Part shown: positions 52,601 through 62,984 of the stretch, in pieces
Numbering within the stretch: the first letter of the stretch is position 1
Layout of the letters: the number at the start of each line of letters is the position of its first letter
DNA from: an uncultured Planctomycetota bacterium
GTDB taxonomy: Bacteria > Planctomycetota > Planctomycetia > Isosphaerales > Isosphaeraceae
Direction of reading: 5' to 3'
Assembly: GCA_963823665.1 (NCBI GenBank)
Contig: CAWGMQ010000008.1
Location: forward strand, 640,001-704,000
Length of the DNA stretch: 64,000 nucleotides
The notes under the pieces: generated by a model
Seen by the model: the letters and a program-made list of their open reading frames with translations, nothing else
The model's database searches: none
What the model was told of the DNA's origin: nothing
Program-made: the position numbers and the translations under genes

Positions 52601-52990
52601 CCCCGCCTCCGCAGCCGCCATTCCCGCCTGGAAATCATGCGCGGCACCCAGCTCCATCGCGCCGGCAAGACCGATCAAGCAAGAAAGGCGGCAAACACCG
52701 CTGTCGCCATCGCCGAGAAACTCGCAGCCGAAGATCCAGCCTACCTTTACGAACTGGCATGCGCGCTCGCACTCAAAGCCCAGCTCCAGCCTGGCGAGCC
52801 CGGACCGCCGGCGGCCGCGGTGGCGGCCCTCCGCAAAGCCGTCGAATGCGGATTCGATAACATCTACAAGCTCAAGAACTCCCAGCAACTCGCGCCGATT
52901 CGCCACAGAGAAGATTTCCAGACGCTGCTACGTGACACAGAGAGGAGAGTGAGCGCGTCCGTCGCGCGCAGCGACGAACACAAACGCTGA
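49625..52990 (+). CDS. Ser/Thr kinase-TM-TPR receptor (paralog 2)
   Basis: Same N-terminus and kinase motifs as 41974-45348; divergent TPR region. Confidence 0.95.
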   Translation: MTDSARSEDRFSALADEFIKRQRLGQNPSIEAYAAAHPDLADEIRLAFPALLMIDDLKPRSGDPTGNFDVASVVIRGAKLERLGDFRVLREAGRGGMGVVYEAEQESLGRRVALKVLAAHAVPDPAQVKRFEREARAAAQLHHTNIVPVFGVGEQNGLHYYAMQFIAGLGLDAVIDEVKRLRHATRAAHPPTPPDTRQGPDGSAPTAAAIARSLVTEAFTAPSPVRVSSSTIEPAPPAGPSADVDDPSFRLSAESPVLSSEAALSASGISSGSSSDSKYWHSVARVGMQVARALEYAHNQGILHRDIKPANLLLDSQGTVWVADFGLAKAVEGEDLTHTGDIVGTIRYMAPERFQGRCDTRSDIYALGLTLYEMLGLAPAFEHKSRQALIRQVMEEEPPRLRKLDPSIPRDLETVIHKAIARDPAGRYATAGALADDLSLFLDDKPVRARDVGILERTWKWAHRRPAIAALLAGLVVTILGGLAAVTWQWRAAVTARDEAQMARDEARGNLKVASKAVDTFFTTVSGEHLLNEPGMHPLREKLLMLALAYYQDFASRGNDDPSLRVALANAYLNWGTIIGEFRKTQDARTILRTAVNHFSSLCRANPTDPELQRGLARSYLALAQQSLQGDYGGEGFEEARNAAGLWEVVVRARPKDPEARRLLGRSYDLAGAFRSGTDLSSSETYFEKAIDVLTAARKDFPSDAPIQQRLAMAISNISALYLNMGDPGRAALSVGRSLEILKKLHAANPSSNMLQKDLSRAIRNRGQARLYFGSLSGSGDDFEEALRVVESLVNKNPEVSDYRYILGEVYTYLGQVRAEQNRTVLARELLDQAIVGQKKLLEQHPDMVQNTLTLFESRCNVATIEREAGRADAARKTLGDSLPRMKQYVESQPDATHRRIYFQALLESTLIECACGGNAVAHVGALLEALRDQENFTHTHPEDSIVRCAAVECALALAQLGDAHDTPALALEKLNRATALITPGLAITPGHPRLRSRHSRLEIMRGTQLHRAGKTDQARKAANTAVAIAEKLAAEDPAYLYELACALALKAQLQPGEPGPPAAAVAALRKAVECGFDNIYKLKNSQQLAPIRHREDFQTLLRDTERRVSASVARSDEHKR

Positions 52991-53046
52991 TGCAGCTCCT
53001 CGATCAACCAAATGAGCGACGCTTTCCCGCCGCCTCTATTGCGCCG

Positions 53047-53118
53047 GGCTTCCCCCCCTTTAGAAGGGGGTCCACCACTCCCTTTCCCCCCCTTGAGAAG
53101 GGCGGGCCAGGGGGGTGC
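53047..53118. repeat. Paired C-rich/G-rich palindromes (REP-like)
   Basis: CCCCCCTTTAGAAGGGGG and CCCCCCTTGAGAAGGGCGGGCCAGGGGGG hairpins in an intergenic position. Confidence 0.5.
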
Positions 53119-53233
53119 ATTGCGGCCGCCACCGTCACAAAGCCGTCGCGATTCAAAAAGCGACGAACCGTTTGCCGGCTAAATCGTCAACAAGGCCCGC
53201 TTTTCACCGCACCACCTCAAGGGAGGTCCGATC

Positions 53234-53467
53234 ATGACTAAACATGTGCTCAAGTACAAACATCCGAGTCGATTCCTCACCGCGATCGTGATAGCGAGTC
53301 TCTTCGCCGGTTGCCAGCCCGCCGGAACCGGCTCGATCGACGTCGACCCAACGAACGCGACCGTCCAAGGTTTCAAATCGATCGAGCCTGCGAAACGGCC
53401 GAAGTCGCCCGGAACCAGCAAGCAGCCCGCCGGCACGAAGAGCGCGCCGCGGACAGGTTTCAGATGA
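53234..53467 (+). CDS. Small lipoprotein partner of the DUF1559 gene
   Basis: Basic N-terminus, hydrophobic core, FAGC lipobox; GGAGG RBS. Confidence 0.75.
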   Translation: MTKHVLKYKHPSRFLTAIVIASLFAGCQPAGTGSIDVDPTNATVQGFKSIEPAKRPKSPGTSKQPAGTKSAPRTGFR

Positions 53468-53559
53468 CCAGAACGCCCCTCCGAGCGGAGCGTCACCCGC
53501 GCGCCGGCGTTGGCGTGCGGAACCAGTGCGAGGTAGCCTTTTTTTCATGAGGTATCCAG

Positions 53560-54594
<1,035 letters not shown>

Positions 54595-54680
54595 GCACGG
54601 ATGGATGAACCGCCCGCGCGAGTAGCTCGAACACCCAAGCGGGTTCCTCGTCTTTGCACGACGACGAACCCCGCGTGGGC

Positions 54681-54812
54681 GGCACCGGCTCTGCCAGCGC
54701 TCCGTTGTAGCAGGCACACTCCGTGTGCCGCCCGCTCATGCTCCGTTGTAGCAGGCACACTCCGTGTGCCGCCCGCTCAGAGCTCCCCGTGTGCTACCGG
54801 CTGTGCCAGTGC
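54681..54812 (+). repeat. GTAG-family REP-like elements, two tandem copies with flanking palindromes
   Basis: GTAGCAGGCACACTCCGTGTGCCGCCCGCTCA at 54707 and 54748. Confidence 0.85.
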
Positions 54813-54877
54813 TGCATCCCCGACCGAATCCCCGTCCCGGAATCGCAAAAAGCCACTGAGGTATGAGGAGGTCTTAG

Positions 54878-57800
54878 GTGAGCGTCTCCGGCACTTCCGA
54901 CGAACGATTCAGCGCCCTGGCTGACGAGTTCATCGAGCGACAGCGGCTGGGCCAACACCCTTCGGTCGAAGGCTACGCCGCCGCGCATCCCGACCTGGCC
55001 GACGAAATCAGGCTGACGTTTCCCGCCCTCTTGATGATCGATGACTTGAAACCAGCATCCGGCGACGTCACCGGCAATTTCGACGCGTCATCCGTGGTCG
55101 TCCGCGGCACGCGCCTCGAGCGCCTCGGCGACTTCCGCGTCCTGCGTGAGGCCGGCCGCGGCGGCATGGGCGTCGTCTACGAGGCCGAGCAAGAATCCCT
55201 CGGCCGCCGCGTCGCGCTCAAGGTCCTCGCCGCCCACGCAATCCCCGACCCGGCCCAGGTGAAGCGGTTCGAGCGCGAGGCCCGCGCGGCCGCCCAGTTA
55301 CACCACACCAACATCGTCCCGGTCTTCGGCGTCGGCGAGCAGGACGGGCTGCACTACTACGCGATGCAGTTCATCGCGGGACTCGGTCTGGACACCGTGA
55401 TCGAAGAGATCAAGCGCCTCAGGTCCGCGAATCCGAATTCCGCTCCCACCGTAGCCTCACCGCCGGAGTGCCGGGAAAACACGCGGCACATCGCCCTCAC
55501 CGCCGCCGGAATCGCCCGCTCTCTCGTCACCGAACAGTTCGGCTCGACCCAGCCGTTCGCCGATGAGCCCTCCTCGATTGAGGCCTCGCGACCAGACGAA
55601 TTGGGAATGATGATTCATTCGCCCCGGCCAATGCTCGGATCCCCCGACCTGTCCTCCGAGGTCGTGCTTGGTCCAACGGGGCTGTCGTCCGTCTCCGGAT
55701 CAGATTCCCGGTACTGGCGCAGCGTGGCGCGGGTTGGCGAGCAAGTCGCCGGCGCCCTGGAGTACGCCCACAACCAGGGCATATTCCACCGCGACATCAA
55801 GCCCTCCAACCTTCTGCTCGACAGGCACGGCACCGCCTGGGTCGCCGACTTCGGGCTGGCCAAGGCCGTCGAGGGCGACAATCTGACGAACACCGGCGAC
55901 ATCGTCGGCACGATTCGCTACATGGCCCCCGAGCGCTTCCATGGACGCTGCGACGCAAGGTCCGACGTGTACGCCCTGGGCTTGACTCTGTACGAGATGG
56001 TGGCACTGCGCCCGGCATTCGACCACACGGCCCGCCAGGCGCTCATCCGCCAGGTGATGGAAGAGCAGCCGGCGCGGCTGCGGAAGATCAGCCCCGATGT
56101 CCCACGCGACCTCGAGACAGTGATCCAGAAGGCGATCGTGCGCGACCCCGCCGCTCGGTACGCGACCGCCGCCGCCCTGGCTGCGGACCTGGCGCTCTTC
56201 CTGGATGGCAAACCCGTGCGCGCCCGGGTCACCGGTGTGGCCGAGCGGTGCTGGAAGTGGGCGAGGAGGCGTCCAGCAATCGCCGCCCTGCTTTCCGTTC
56301 TCGCCCTCACCGCGATTTCGGGTCTGACGGCGGTCATCTGGCAGTGGCGTGCCGCGGTGGCTGCCCGCGACGAAGTCAGCCAGACCTTGAAGATGGCCAG
56401 CGACGCGGTCAATACCTCCTACACCGAGGTCAGCGAGGATTACCTCCTCGATGAGCCCGGAATGCAGCCATTGCGGCATAAACTCCTCAAGCTCGCGCTC
56501 CCTTACTACAAATTCCTCGCGGAGAAGAAGGCCGACGATCCGGCGCTCAAGGTGCAATTGGCGAACGCCTTCTTCCGATGGGGAAAGATCACCGGTGAGA
56601 TCGGCTCCAAGGAAGAAGCGAAGCGGATCCTCTCGACAGCCATCGGACATTTCAAGCCCCTCCTCGCCGCGGATCCGGCAAACCTCGAGGTCCGCATCGG
56701 TCTGGCCCGAAGCTGCCAGGCGTTCGCCTTCGAGGCCCTTCGATCCAACCAGCCGATAGAGGGCACTCAATCGGCCCGGCTCGCGGCCGAGCTCTGGGCC
56801 GAGGTCGTGCGGGCCAGGCCGGACGACCCGGAAGCGCGGTGCGGTCTTGGGCGAAGTCATGACATCATCGGGTGGGCGCGAGCCGAGGCCGGCGACAGTG
56901 TGGGCGCCAAGAGTGAATTCGAGATGGCCGTCAAGGTTCTCTCCGACGCCGCCGATCGCTCACCCGCCGACGTGGAGACGCGGCGACTCCTGACTCGAGC
57001 GCTCGATAATATCGCGGTCGTTTTTCGGAACGAAGACGACCATGCCTCTGTCGTGCGGACCACTCAAAAGGCTCGTGACTTGCTCGCGCCACTCCTCGCA
57101 GACCGTCCGAGCAGCACAACCTTGCGGAAAGCGATGGCCGATACTCTGAACATTCTTGGACATGCTTATTTTCAGATCGGCGCCCTTAGCTCGGCAGAAG
57201 CCGACCTTACACAAGCCCGCCGACTCATCGAGAGTGTGGTCCAAGATAACCCCAAGGTCATCGATTATCGTTACATCCAGGCGGAGATCTACACCGACCT
57301 GGGCCAGGTCCTGGCCGAGCAAGGGCGGACGACCTCGGCCAGGGCCCTGCTGCACCAGAAGATCACCCTCGAGCGCGAACTGCTTCGGCTCAACCCCACC
57401 TCATCCGAGTTCTTGATCTGCCTCGCCGAGGCCGACTATTTGCTCGCCCGGATCGAGAGGGAGACTGATCATTTTGGCCTCGCGGAAGGTGCTTCCGAGG
57501 AAGCCCTTGGCATCACGATTAACGAACGACGCAAACCGTTTCCGCACTATATGTTGCACGAGATCGTATTCCATACCATTGTCGAGTCGGTACGGCTTGC
57601 GGCCCGCACGGGCAAATCGCTGTCCAGCCGGGCCAGCACCCTTCGCATGCTCCTTCAGGAACTGGGTGAGAAGACGGCGGGCGGAACGTTGACCCGCGCA
57701 GACCGCCGCCTGGCCGTCGAGGGATACCTGGCACTTGCGGAGGTCGGGGCAAGTAGCGGCCAGGCGCCAGGAGTGCTCGAAGCACTTCAAAGCGCGGAGA

Positions 57801-58222
57801 GCGCCCTCGACGCGTTGCTCCGCGCGACGCCCGATCAACCTCGGTTGAGGAATCTGAAGGCAACGATCGAAATGATGCGAGGATCCGCGCTCGCCGGCGC
57901 CGGCAAAGTGACAGAGGCCGTGGCCATGGCGGAACGCGCGGTCGCCATCCGGGAGAAACTCGCCGCGATGGACCCGTCGTATTCCTACGACCTGGCCTGC
58001 GCGCTGGCCCTGACGGCCCGGCTCGACCCGGCCGCGCCCGGCCCCCCGAAGGCCGCCGTCGCTGCACTTCGCAAGGCCGTGGAGCACGGCTTCGACAACG
58101 TTCACAAGCTGAATCATGACGAGCACCTCGAACCGATCCGCCGCGGAGAAGATTTCCAAACCCTAGTCCGCGACGCGGAAAAGAACGCAGCCGCTCCCCC
58201 ATTGAACCGCAGCGACCCCTAA
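54878..58222 (+). CDS. Ser/Thr kinase-TM-TPR receptor (paralog 3)
   Basis: Same architecture as paralogs 1 and 2; GTG start with GAGGAGG RBS. Confidence 0.95.
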   Translation: MSVSGTSDERFSALADEFIERQRLGQHPSVEGYAAAHPDLADEIRLTFPALLMIDDLKPASGDVTGNFDASSVVVRGTRLERLGDFRVLREAGRGGMGVVYEAEQESLGRRVALKVLAAHAIPDPAQVKRFEREARAAAQLHHTNIVPVFGVGEQDGLHYYAMQFIAGLGLDTVIEEIKRLRSANPNSAPTVASPPECRENTRHIALTAAGIARSLVTEQFGSTQPFADEPSSIEASRPDELGMMIHSPRPMLGSPDLSSEVVLGPTGLSSVSGSDSRYWRSVARVGEQVAGALEYAHNQGIFHRDIKPSNLLLDRHGTAWVADFGLAKAVEGDNLTNTGDIVGTIRYMAPERFHGRCDARSDVYALGLTLYEMVALRPAFDHTARQALIRQVMEEQPARLRKISPDVPRDLETVIQKAIVRDPAARYATAAALAADLALFLDGKPVRARVTGVAERCWKWARRRPAIAALLSVLALTAISGLTAVIWQWRAAVAARDEVSQTLKMASDAVNTSYTEVSEDYLLDEPGMQPLRHKLLKLALPYYKFLAEKKADDPALKVQLANAFFRWGKITGEIGSKEEAKRILSTAIGHFKPLLAADPANLEVRIGLARSCQAFAFEALRSNQPIEGTQSARLAAELWAEVVRARPDDPEARCGLGRSHDIIGWARAEAGDSVGAKSEFEMAVKVLSDAADRSPADVETRRLLTRALDNIAVVFRNEDDHASVVRTTQKARDLLAPLLADRPSSTTLRKAMADTLNILGHAYFQIGALSSAEADLTQARRLIESVVQDNPKVIDYRYIQAEIYTDLGQVLAEQGRTTSARALLHQKITLERELLRLNPTSSEFLICLAEADYLLARIERETDHFGLAEGASEEALGITINERRKPFPHYMLHEIVFHTIVESVRLAARTGKSLSSRASTLRMLLQELGEKTAGGTLTRADRRLAVEGYLALAEVGASSGQAPGVLEALQSAESALDALLRATPDQPRLRNLKATIEMMRGSALAGAGKVTEAVAMAERAVAIREKLAAMDPSYSYDLACALALTARLDPAAPGPPKAAVAALRKAVEHGFDNVHKLNHDEHLEPIRRGEDFQTLVRDAEKNAAAPPLNRSDP

Positions 58223-58443
58223 CGACAGTGCGTCGCAGAAAAAGGTGTCAGGAACCAATTCGCCGATTCCAGTCACTATGCCCCTCATATCGAGCCAGTT
58301 CCTATCGGGACACATGTTTAGTCCGGTCATCCGAAATCGCAACGCCCCTGGCCGCCTGCCCAATCCTCCCTTGCCCGTCTCGCCCGGTCGGATACAATGT
58401 CTGTTCTCGGAACGTTTCCGCATTCGTCGCAAGGGGTAAGGGC

Positions 58444-59625
58444 GTGCGAGTCGGCTATTTCGATTGTTTCAGCGGCACGGCCGGCGACATGACCATGGCC
58501 GCCTTGGTCGACGCCGGGGTCGACCGCCGCGCCATTCAGCAAGGCGTTGCCAGCCTCGGCCTGCCGTGCGAGCTCACGTTCGAAAACGTGCGCCGGGGCG
58601 GCTTTCGGGCGACTTATGCCAAGGTCATCGCCCCCGAAGAGCACGTCCACCGCCACTGGCACCACATCGAGGCGATGATCGACAAGAGCAGCTTGACAGC
58701 ACGTCAAAAAGACCTGGCCAAACGTATCTTCCTCAAGCTCGGCGAAGCCGAGGCCAGCGTCCACGGCGTCGACATCGCCAAGATCCACTTTCACGAAGTC
58801 GGCGCAGTTGACTCGATCGCCGACATCGTCGGCTCCGCCATCGGCCTCGACCTGTTGGGCGTCGATCGATATGAGGCAAGCCCCGTCCCCACCGGCCGCG
58901 GTTGGGTCAAGGCCGCCCACGGGCGGATGCCCCTGCCGGCGCCCGCCACCGCGGAGTTGCTTCGAGGCGTGCCGCTTGCCGAATCGTTCATCGACGGCGA
59001 GATGACAACGCCCACCGGCGCCGCCATTCTCGCCACCGTCGTCGAGCGCTTCGCTCCTCTCCCGGCGCTCACGATCGAGTCGATCGGCCTGGGCGCCGGC
59101 ACCCGCGAAACACCCGGCCAGGCCAATATCCTTCGCCTCTTCGTCGGCACTGTCGACCTTCCCGCCGCGTCCGACCGCGTCTGGGTGCTCGAAACCAACC
59201 TCGACGACCTCCCCGGCGAAATCGTCGGTTACACCATGACCAAGCTGATGGATTCCGGCGCGCTCGACGCGTTCGTCACCCCCATCCAGATGAAGAAGAA
59301 CCGACCCGGCGTGATGGTCTCCGTCCTCTGCGACGAACCTAAGATCGCCGCCCTCGAGGCCGTCCTCTTCCGCGAGACCGCAACTCTGGGCATTCGCCGC
59401 TACCCCGTCAGCCGCCACAAGCTCAAACGGCAGGCCCTCGAAGTCGAAACGAAGTTTGGAACGGTGCGAGGAAAACTCGGCTGGCTGGATAACCGCGTGC
59501 CGGCGTTCAGCCCCGAATTCGACGATTGTGCACGGATCGCCGCGGCCCAGTCCGTGCCCTTGCGCGAAGTTTATGAAGCCGCCCAGCTAGCTTACTCTAA
59601 CGAAAATAAGAAATCATCTGAGTGA
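58444..59625 (+). CDS. larC: Nickel-pincer cofactor nickel-insertion protein LarC
   Basis: YFDCFSGTAGDM, HFHEVGAVDSIAD, PAPAT, TTPTGAAI, ETNLDD, MKKNRPG, PEFDD. Confidence 0.93.
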   Translation: MRVGYFDCFSGTAGDMTMAALVDAGVDRRAIQQGVASLGLPCELTFENVRRGGFRATYAKVIAPEEHVHRHWHHIEAMIDKSSLTARQKDLAKRIFLKLGEAEASVHGVDIAKIHFHEVGAVDSIADIVGSAIGLDLLGVDRYEASPVPTGRGWVKAAHGRMPLPAPATAELLRGVPLAESFIDGEMTTPTGAAILATVVERFAPLPALTIESIGLGAGTRETPGQANILRLFVGTVDLPAASDRVWVLETNLDDLPGEIVGYTMTKLMDSGALDAFVTPIQMKKNRPGVMVSVLCDEPKIAALEAVLFRETATLGIRRYPVSRHKLKRQALEVETKFGTVRGKLGWLDNRVPAFSPEFDDCARIAAAQSVPLREVYEAAQLAYSNENKKSSE

Positions 59626-59657
59626 GCGAAGATCAAGATCCAAGGAGGGATATCACG

Positions 59658-60227
59658 ATGAATCTGGAAGCCTGGTTCGTCTTGACCGTCGCAGGGGCGT
59701 TTCTGCTGCTGGGAATCGCCGGCTCGCCGCTGGCGTGGGTGGCCCTTCATCATCGCAAATCGAACCTCGAAAACTTGATGGAAAAGCGATGGAACGAGCT
59801 CACCGCCGAATTGCGGCGGCTCGAGGGGCGGCTCGCCCTGGCGGAACAGGCAAGCCAGTCCGGACGTAAAAAGCACGAGCTCACTCCCGCTGAGAATGGC
59901 ACGAACGGCCGCGGCTTTCCCAATCGCCCGTTCCTTTCAACCTGGCGCCGATTACCTGAAACTCGCACCGACGAACCGGATGACGCCGATACGTCCTTGA
60001 TCTCCGTTCCGAATCTGGCTGCCGGTCCCGAAGACCGCGACCCGGCGGCGAACTCGCTCACCCAGCGCTACAGTGCAATCTGGACGCTTGCCGACCAGGG
60101 GGCCACGCCCGAAGTGATCGCCAAGGCAACCGGCCAGCCCATCGGCCAGATCGAGCTGATTCTCGGCCTCCGCCGCCACATCGACGGATCATCCCGCACC
60201 ACAATCCCTCATGCGCCCCACGCCTGA
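59658..60227 (+). CDS. Hypothetical protein (N-terminal TM, coiled coil, C-terminal HTH, DUF2802-like)
   Basis: LADQGATPEVIAKATGQPIGQIELILGL. Confidence 0.65.
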   Translation: MNLEAWFVLTVAGAFLLLGIAGSPLAWVALHHRKSNLENLMEKRWNELTAELRRLEGRLALAEQASQSGRKKHELTPAENGTNGRGFPNRPFLSTWRRLPETRTDEPDDADTSLISVPNLAAGPEDRDPAANSLTQRYSAIWTLADQGATPEVIAKATGQPIGQIELILGLRRHIDGSSRTTIPHAPHA

Positions 60228-60708
60228 ACCTGATTCGGCGCCGTTCGACTCCGGCCAAGGCAACGCCCGCCTCGACCGAACCCGCTCGCACGTGCTGAAT
60301 ATGCTCGTAGTCGTCGGGCTCGCAATCGCCGTATCCGGCTGGCTGCTACGACAGCGTGCCCTCGCCTGGCAGCCGCGACCGGCCAAGACGCTCAATGACT
60401 TGCTCTACGCTGTTCTGATCGCGCTCGCCGCCGCCAGCTACATCTCCAGACGCGTGCTCACAGCCCGCGCCGCTCGCGCCGCCCCCGAGCGTTTCGAGAG
60501 CCTATTCTACTGGGCACACCTCGGGCCCGCACTCACCGCCAGCCTGGCAGTCCCTCTTGGCTTCGCCTACGGCTGGCTGGTCCGGCCCGAGCTCGACGCA
60601 CTCATTCCCTTCTGGGCCGTTCCGTTCGTGCTCGGCTTCCTCGCCTTACCGCGACGATCCGAGCTGAATGACCGCGGCGATTCTTCTCCTCCGCGGGAGC
60701 CGGCATAA
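60211..60708 (+). CDS. Hypothetical membrane protein (about 4 TM)
   Basis: Four hydrophobic segments; operonic overlap. Confidence 0.65.
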   Translation: MRPTPEPDSAPFDSGQGNARLDRTRSHVLNMLVVVGLAIAVSGWLLRQRALAWQPRPAKTLNDLLYAVLIALAAASYISRRVLTARAARAAPERFESLFYWAHLGPALTASLAVPLGFAYGWLVRPELDALIPFWAVPFVLGFLALPRRSELNDRGDSSPPREPA

Positions 60709-60710
60709 AA

Positions 60711-61937
60711 ATGACTTCCTTCCAGCTCACAATCCTCTCGATCTACGCCGTGCTCGTCGCGATCTGGCCGATTCGCCTGCTCGTGATCGAGGTTGTGCTC
60801 AGGCGCCAGCGAGTGCTCTCGAACGATTCGCCTCGATTTGATCGTCCCGACCCACCGCTCGTCTCGGCGATCCTTCCCGCCAAGGACGAAGAGCTCAACT
60901 TGCCCGCCTGCCTCAGCTCGGTCTGCAGTCAATCCTATCCGCGTCTCGAGATCCTGGTCGTCGACGATCGCAGCACCGACCGCACCGGGGAGATCGCGCG
61001 CGAATTCGCCGCCCGTGATAGCCGCGTACGACTCTTCACGATCGAGCACCTGCCGCCGGGCTGGACTGGCAAGACGCACGCTCTCGATCAGGCGCTGCAC
61101 CACGCCCGTGGCAAGTGGCTCTGGTTCTTCGACGCCGACACCATCCACGCGCCGGATAGCCTGTCGATCATGATGGAATATGGTCGATCCCAGGGTGCCG
61201 CGCTCGTCAGCCTGCTCCCCGAGCTCAAATGTGAGACATTCTGGGAAAAGGTGGTGCAGCCCCTGGCAGCCATCACCTTGATGCAGTCATTCCCGCTTCA
61301 CGTCGTGAACGACAATCGGTCGCGCCTGGCATTCGCCAACGGCCAGTACATCCTGATCGAACGCAAAGCCTACGATGCCGCCGGCGGCCATCGCGCGGTG
61401 CGCGAGCGGTTCGTCGAAGACATCGGCATGGCAGAAAACGTGAAGTCTCTGGGATTCCCGATCCGCGTCGCACTCGTGCGCGGCTTGGTGCTGTGCCGCA
61501 TGTATGCGTCGTTCCAACAGCTAGTTCGCGGCTGGAGCCGCATCCTCTACGACGCCCTCGGCCGCAAGACCTGGCGTCTCGTGCTCAAGCTGCTCGACCC
61601 GATCATCTTCTGCCAGAGCGGCCACCTCGCGCTCGCCCTCGCACTGGCCCTCATCGCGCTCGGCCGCTCCGGTCCCTTCACAACCTGGCTCCTCGTCCTC
61701 GCCGTGATCCATCATACGTTGATGTGCTTGCTCTTCCTGCGCGTCTACACTTTCTCGGTCCCCGGCACGCGCTACTTCCTTTTGTACCCGCTCGCCAACC
61801 TGGTCGTGGACGCGATCCTGTTCCGAGCCATCCTCATGTGCCTCACTGGCAACGTAACCTGGCGCGGAACCGCTTATCGGAAATCGGGCCCGGACAGTCA
61901 GCTCGAAGCCAGAGGTCAGCGGCTGCCCGGCCGTTAA
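60711..61937 (+). CDS. Family 2 glycosyltransferase (HpnB/CrtQ-like, membrane-bound)
   Basis: PAKDEE, VDDRSTDRT, GWTGK, FDAD, NGQY, VED, GWSR, VTWRG. Confidence 0.9.
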   Translation: MTSFQLTILSIYAVLVAIWPIRLLVIEVVLRRQRVLSNDSPRFDRPDPPLVSAILPAKDEELNLPACLSSVCSQSYPRLEILVVDDRSTDRTGEIAREFAARDSRVRLFTIEHLPPGWTGKTHALDQALHHARGKWLWFFDADTIHAPDSLSIMMEYGRSQGAALVSLLPELKCETFWEKVVQPLAAITLMQSFPLHVVNDNRSRLAFANGQYILIERKAYDAAGGHRAVRERFVEDIGMAENVKSLGFPIRVALVRGLVLCRMYASFQQLVRGWSRILYDALGRKTWRLVLKLLDPIIFCQSGHLALALALALIALGRSGPFTTWLLVLAVIHHTLMCLLFLRVYTFSVPGTRYFLLYPLANLVVDAILFRAILMCLTGNVTWRGTAYRKSGPDSQLEARGQRLPGR

Positions 61938-61968
61938 TCAGCACCGCACCACTACGAGACGGTGCTGG

Positions 61969-62026
61969 GTGCTACCGGCACTGCCAGCGCTCTGGTGTAG
62001 CAGGCACACTCCGTGTGCCGCCCGCT
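61969..62026 (+). repeat. GTAG-family REP-like element between convergent genes
   Basis: GTAGCAGGCACACTCCGTGTGCCGCCCGC at 61997. Confidence 0.85.
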
Positions 62027-62150
62027 GAAAGTTCCGGCTGGATGGCACTGACCTTGCCACTGCTGCATGCCCGGTCGATCGTTGTCTCCCGCTTGCGAAA
62101 ATCCGTTTAATGCAACCGACCAAAAAACTCGCCCGGTTACTCTGGTGCGA

Positions 62151-62975
62151 TCACGCCACCGTTCTGTTCCTGAGCCGGCTCGCCGACTCGGGGTCATGAG
62201 TGGGCAAGTACACGGTAGGTCGTTGCTCGGCATACCACGAGATCGTCTGAAGCGTCTGCAGCGCCACACTCTCGCTCGGGCTCACGCCGTCGACCTTCCG
62301 CTCGACAAGCGACCGCTGCGTGTAAGTCGCATCACCAGCCAGGAAAAAGCTCACGTCGCCATCATCGACGATGACCGAAACGTGGCCAGGCGTATGTCCC
62401 GGCGTCGGAACGATCACGACTCTGCCGTCGGAAGTCAACGGATAGCTGCGATCGAAAGCCCCGCGCGAGCTCGATTCAAACGCGATCGGCCTCGGAGCGA
62501 ACCACGACGGCCATCGGTTCGGCAAGTACCCCAGCAACCGCCCGCGGAAACTCGTCGCCAACCGCAATTCGTCGCCGCTGACCAGCACCTCACTCTTCGG
62601 AAAATGATGCAGGCCGCCCGCATGGTCGGTGTGCAGGTGGGTCAAAACCACCGTCCGCACGTCATCCGGACGGATTCCCAACTCGAGTAGTCGCGGACCG
62701 ATTTCCTGGTCGGACCGGACATCAATTCGTACAGCCAGCCTGAAGTATGGGTGCCATCGCGGAAAATACCCCGCCTCGCTCGTCCGTGCGGTCTCACCCG
62801 TATCCACGACGATGACACCTTGGTCCGTCTCGATGGCCCATGCCAGAATCGGCAGCGGCTCGGTCCACACGCGATCGAGCAGGATATTGACCTGCCGCAT
62901 CGCACCTCGGCCCCGCCCGACTCGCTGGCTCGCCTTGATCCGAACCGTGCCTGTCACGATGGGATGAATTCTCAC
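62151..62975 (-). CDS. Metallo-beta-lactamase fold, N-acyl homoserine lactonase family
   Basis: VDTG, THLHTDHAGG, TPGHTPGH, GDA, PTHD. Confidence 0.88.
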   Translation of the reverse strand: MRIHPIVTGTVRIKASQRVGRGRGAMRQVNILLDRVWTEPLPILAWAIETDQGVIVVDTGETARTSEAGYFPRWHPYFRLAVRIDVRSDQEIGPRLLELGIRPDDVRTVVLTHLHTDHAGGLHHFPKSEVLVSGDELRLATSFRGRLLGYLPNRWPSWFAPRPIAFESSSRGAFDRSYPLTSDGRVVIVPTPGHTPGHVSVIVDDGDVSFFLAGDATYTQRSLVERKVDGVSPSESVALQTLQTISWYAEQRPTVYLPTHDPESASRLRNRTVA

Positions 62976-62984
62976 GTGAATCGC

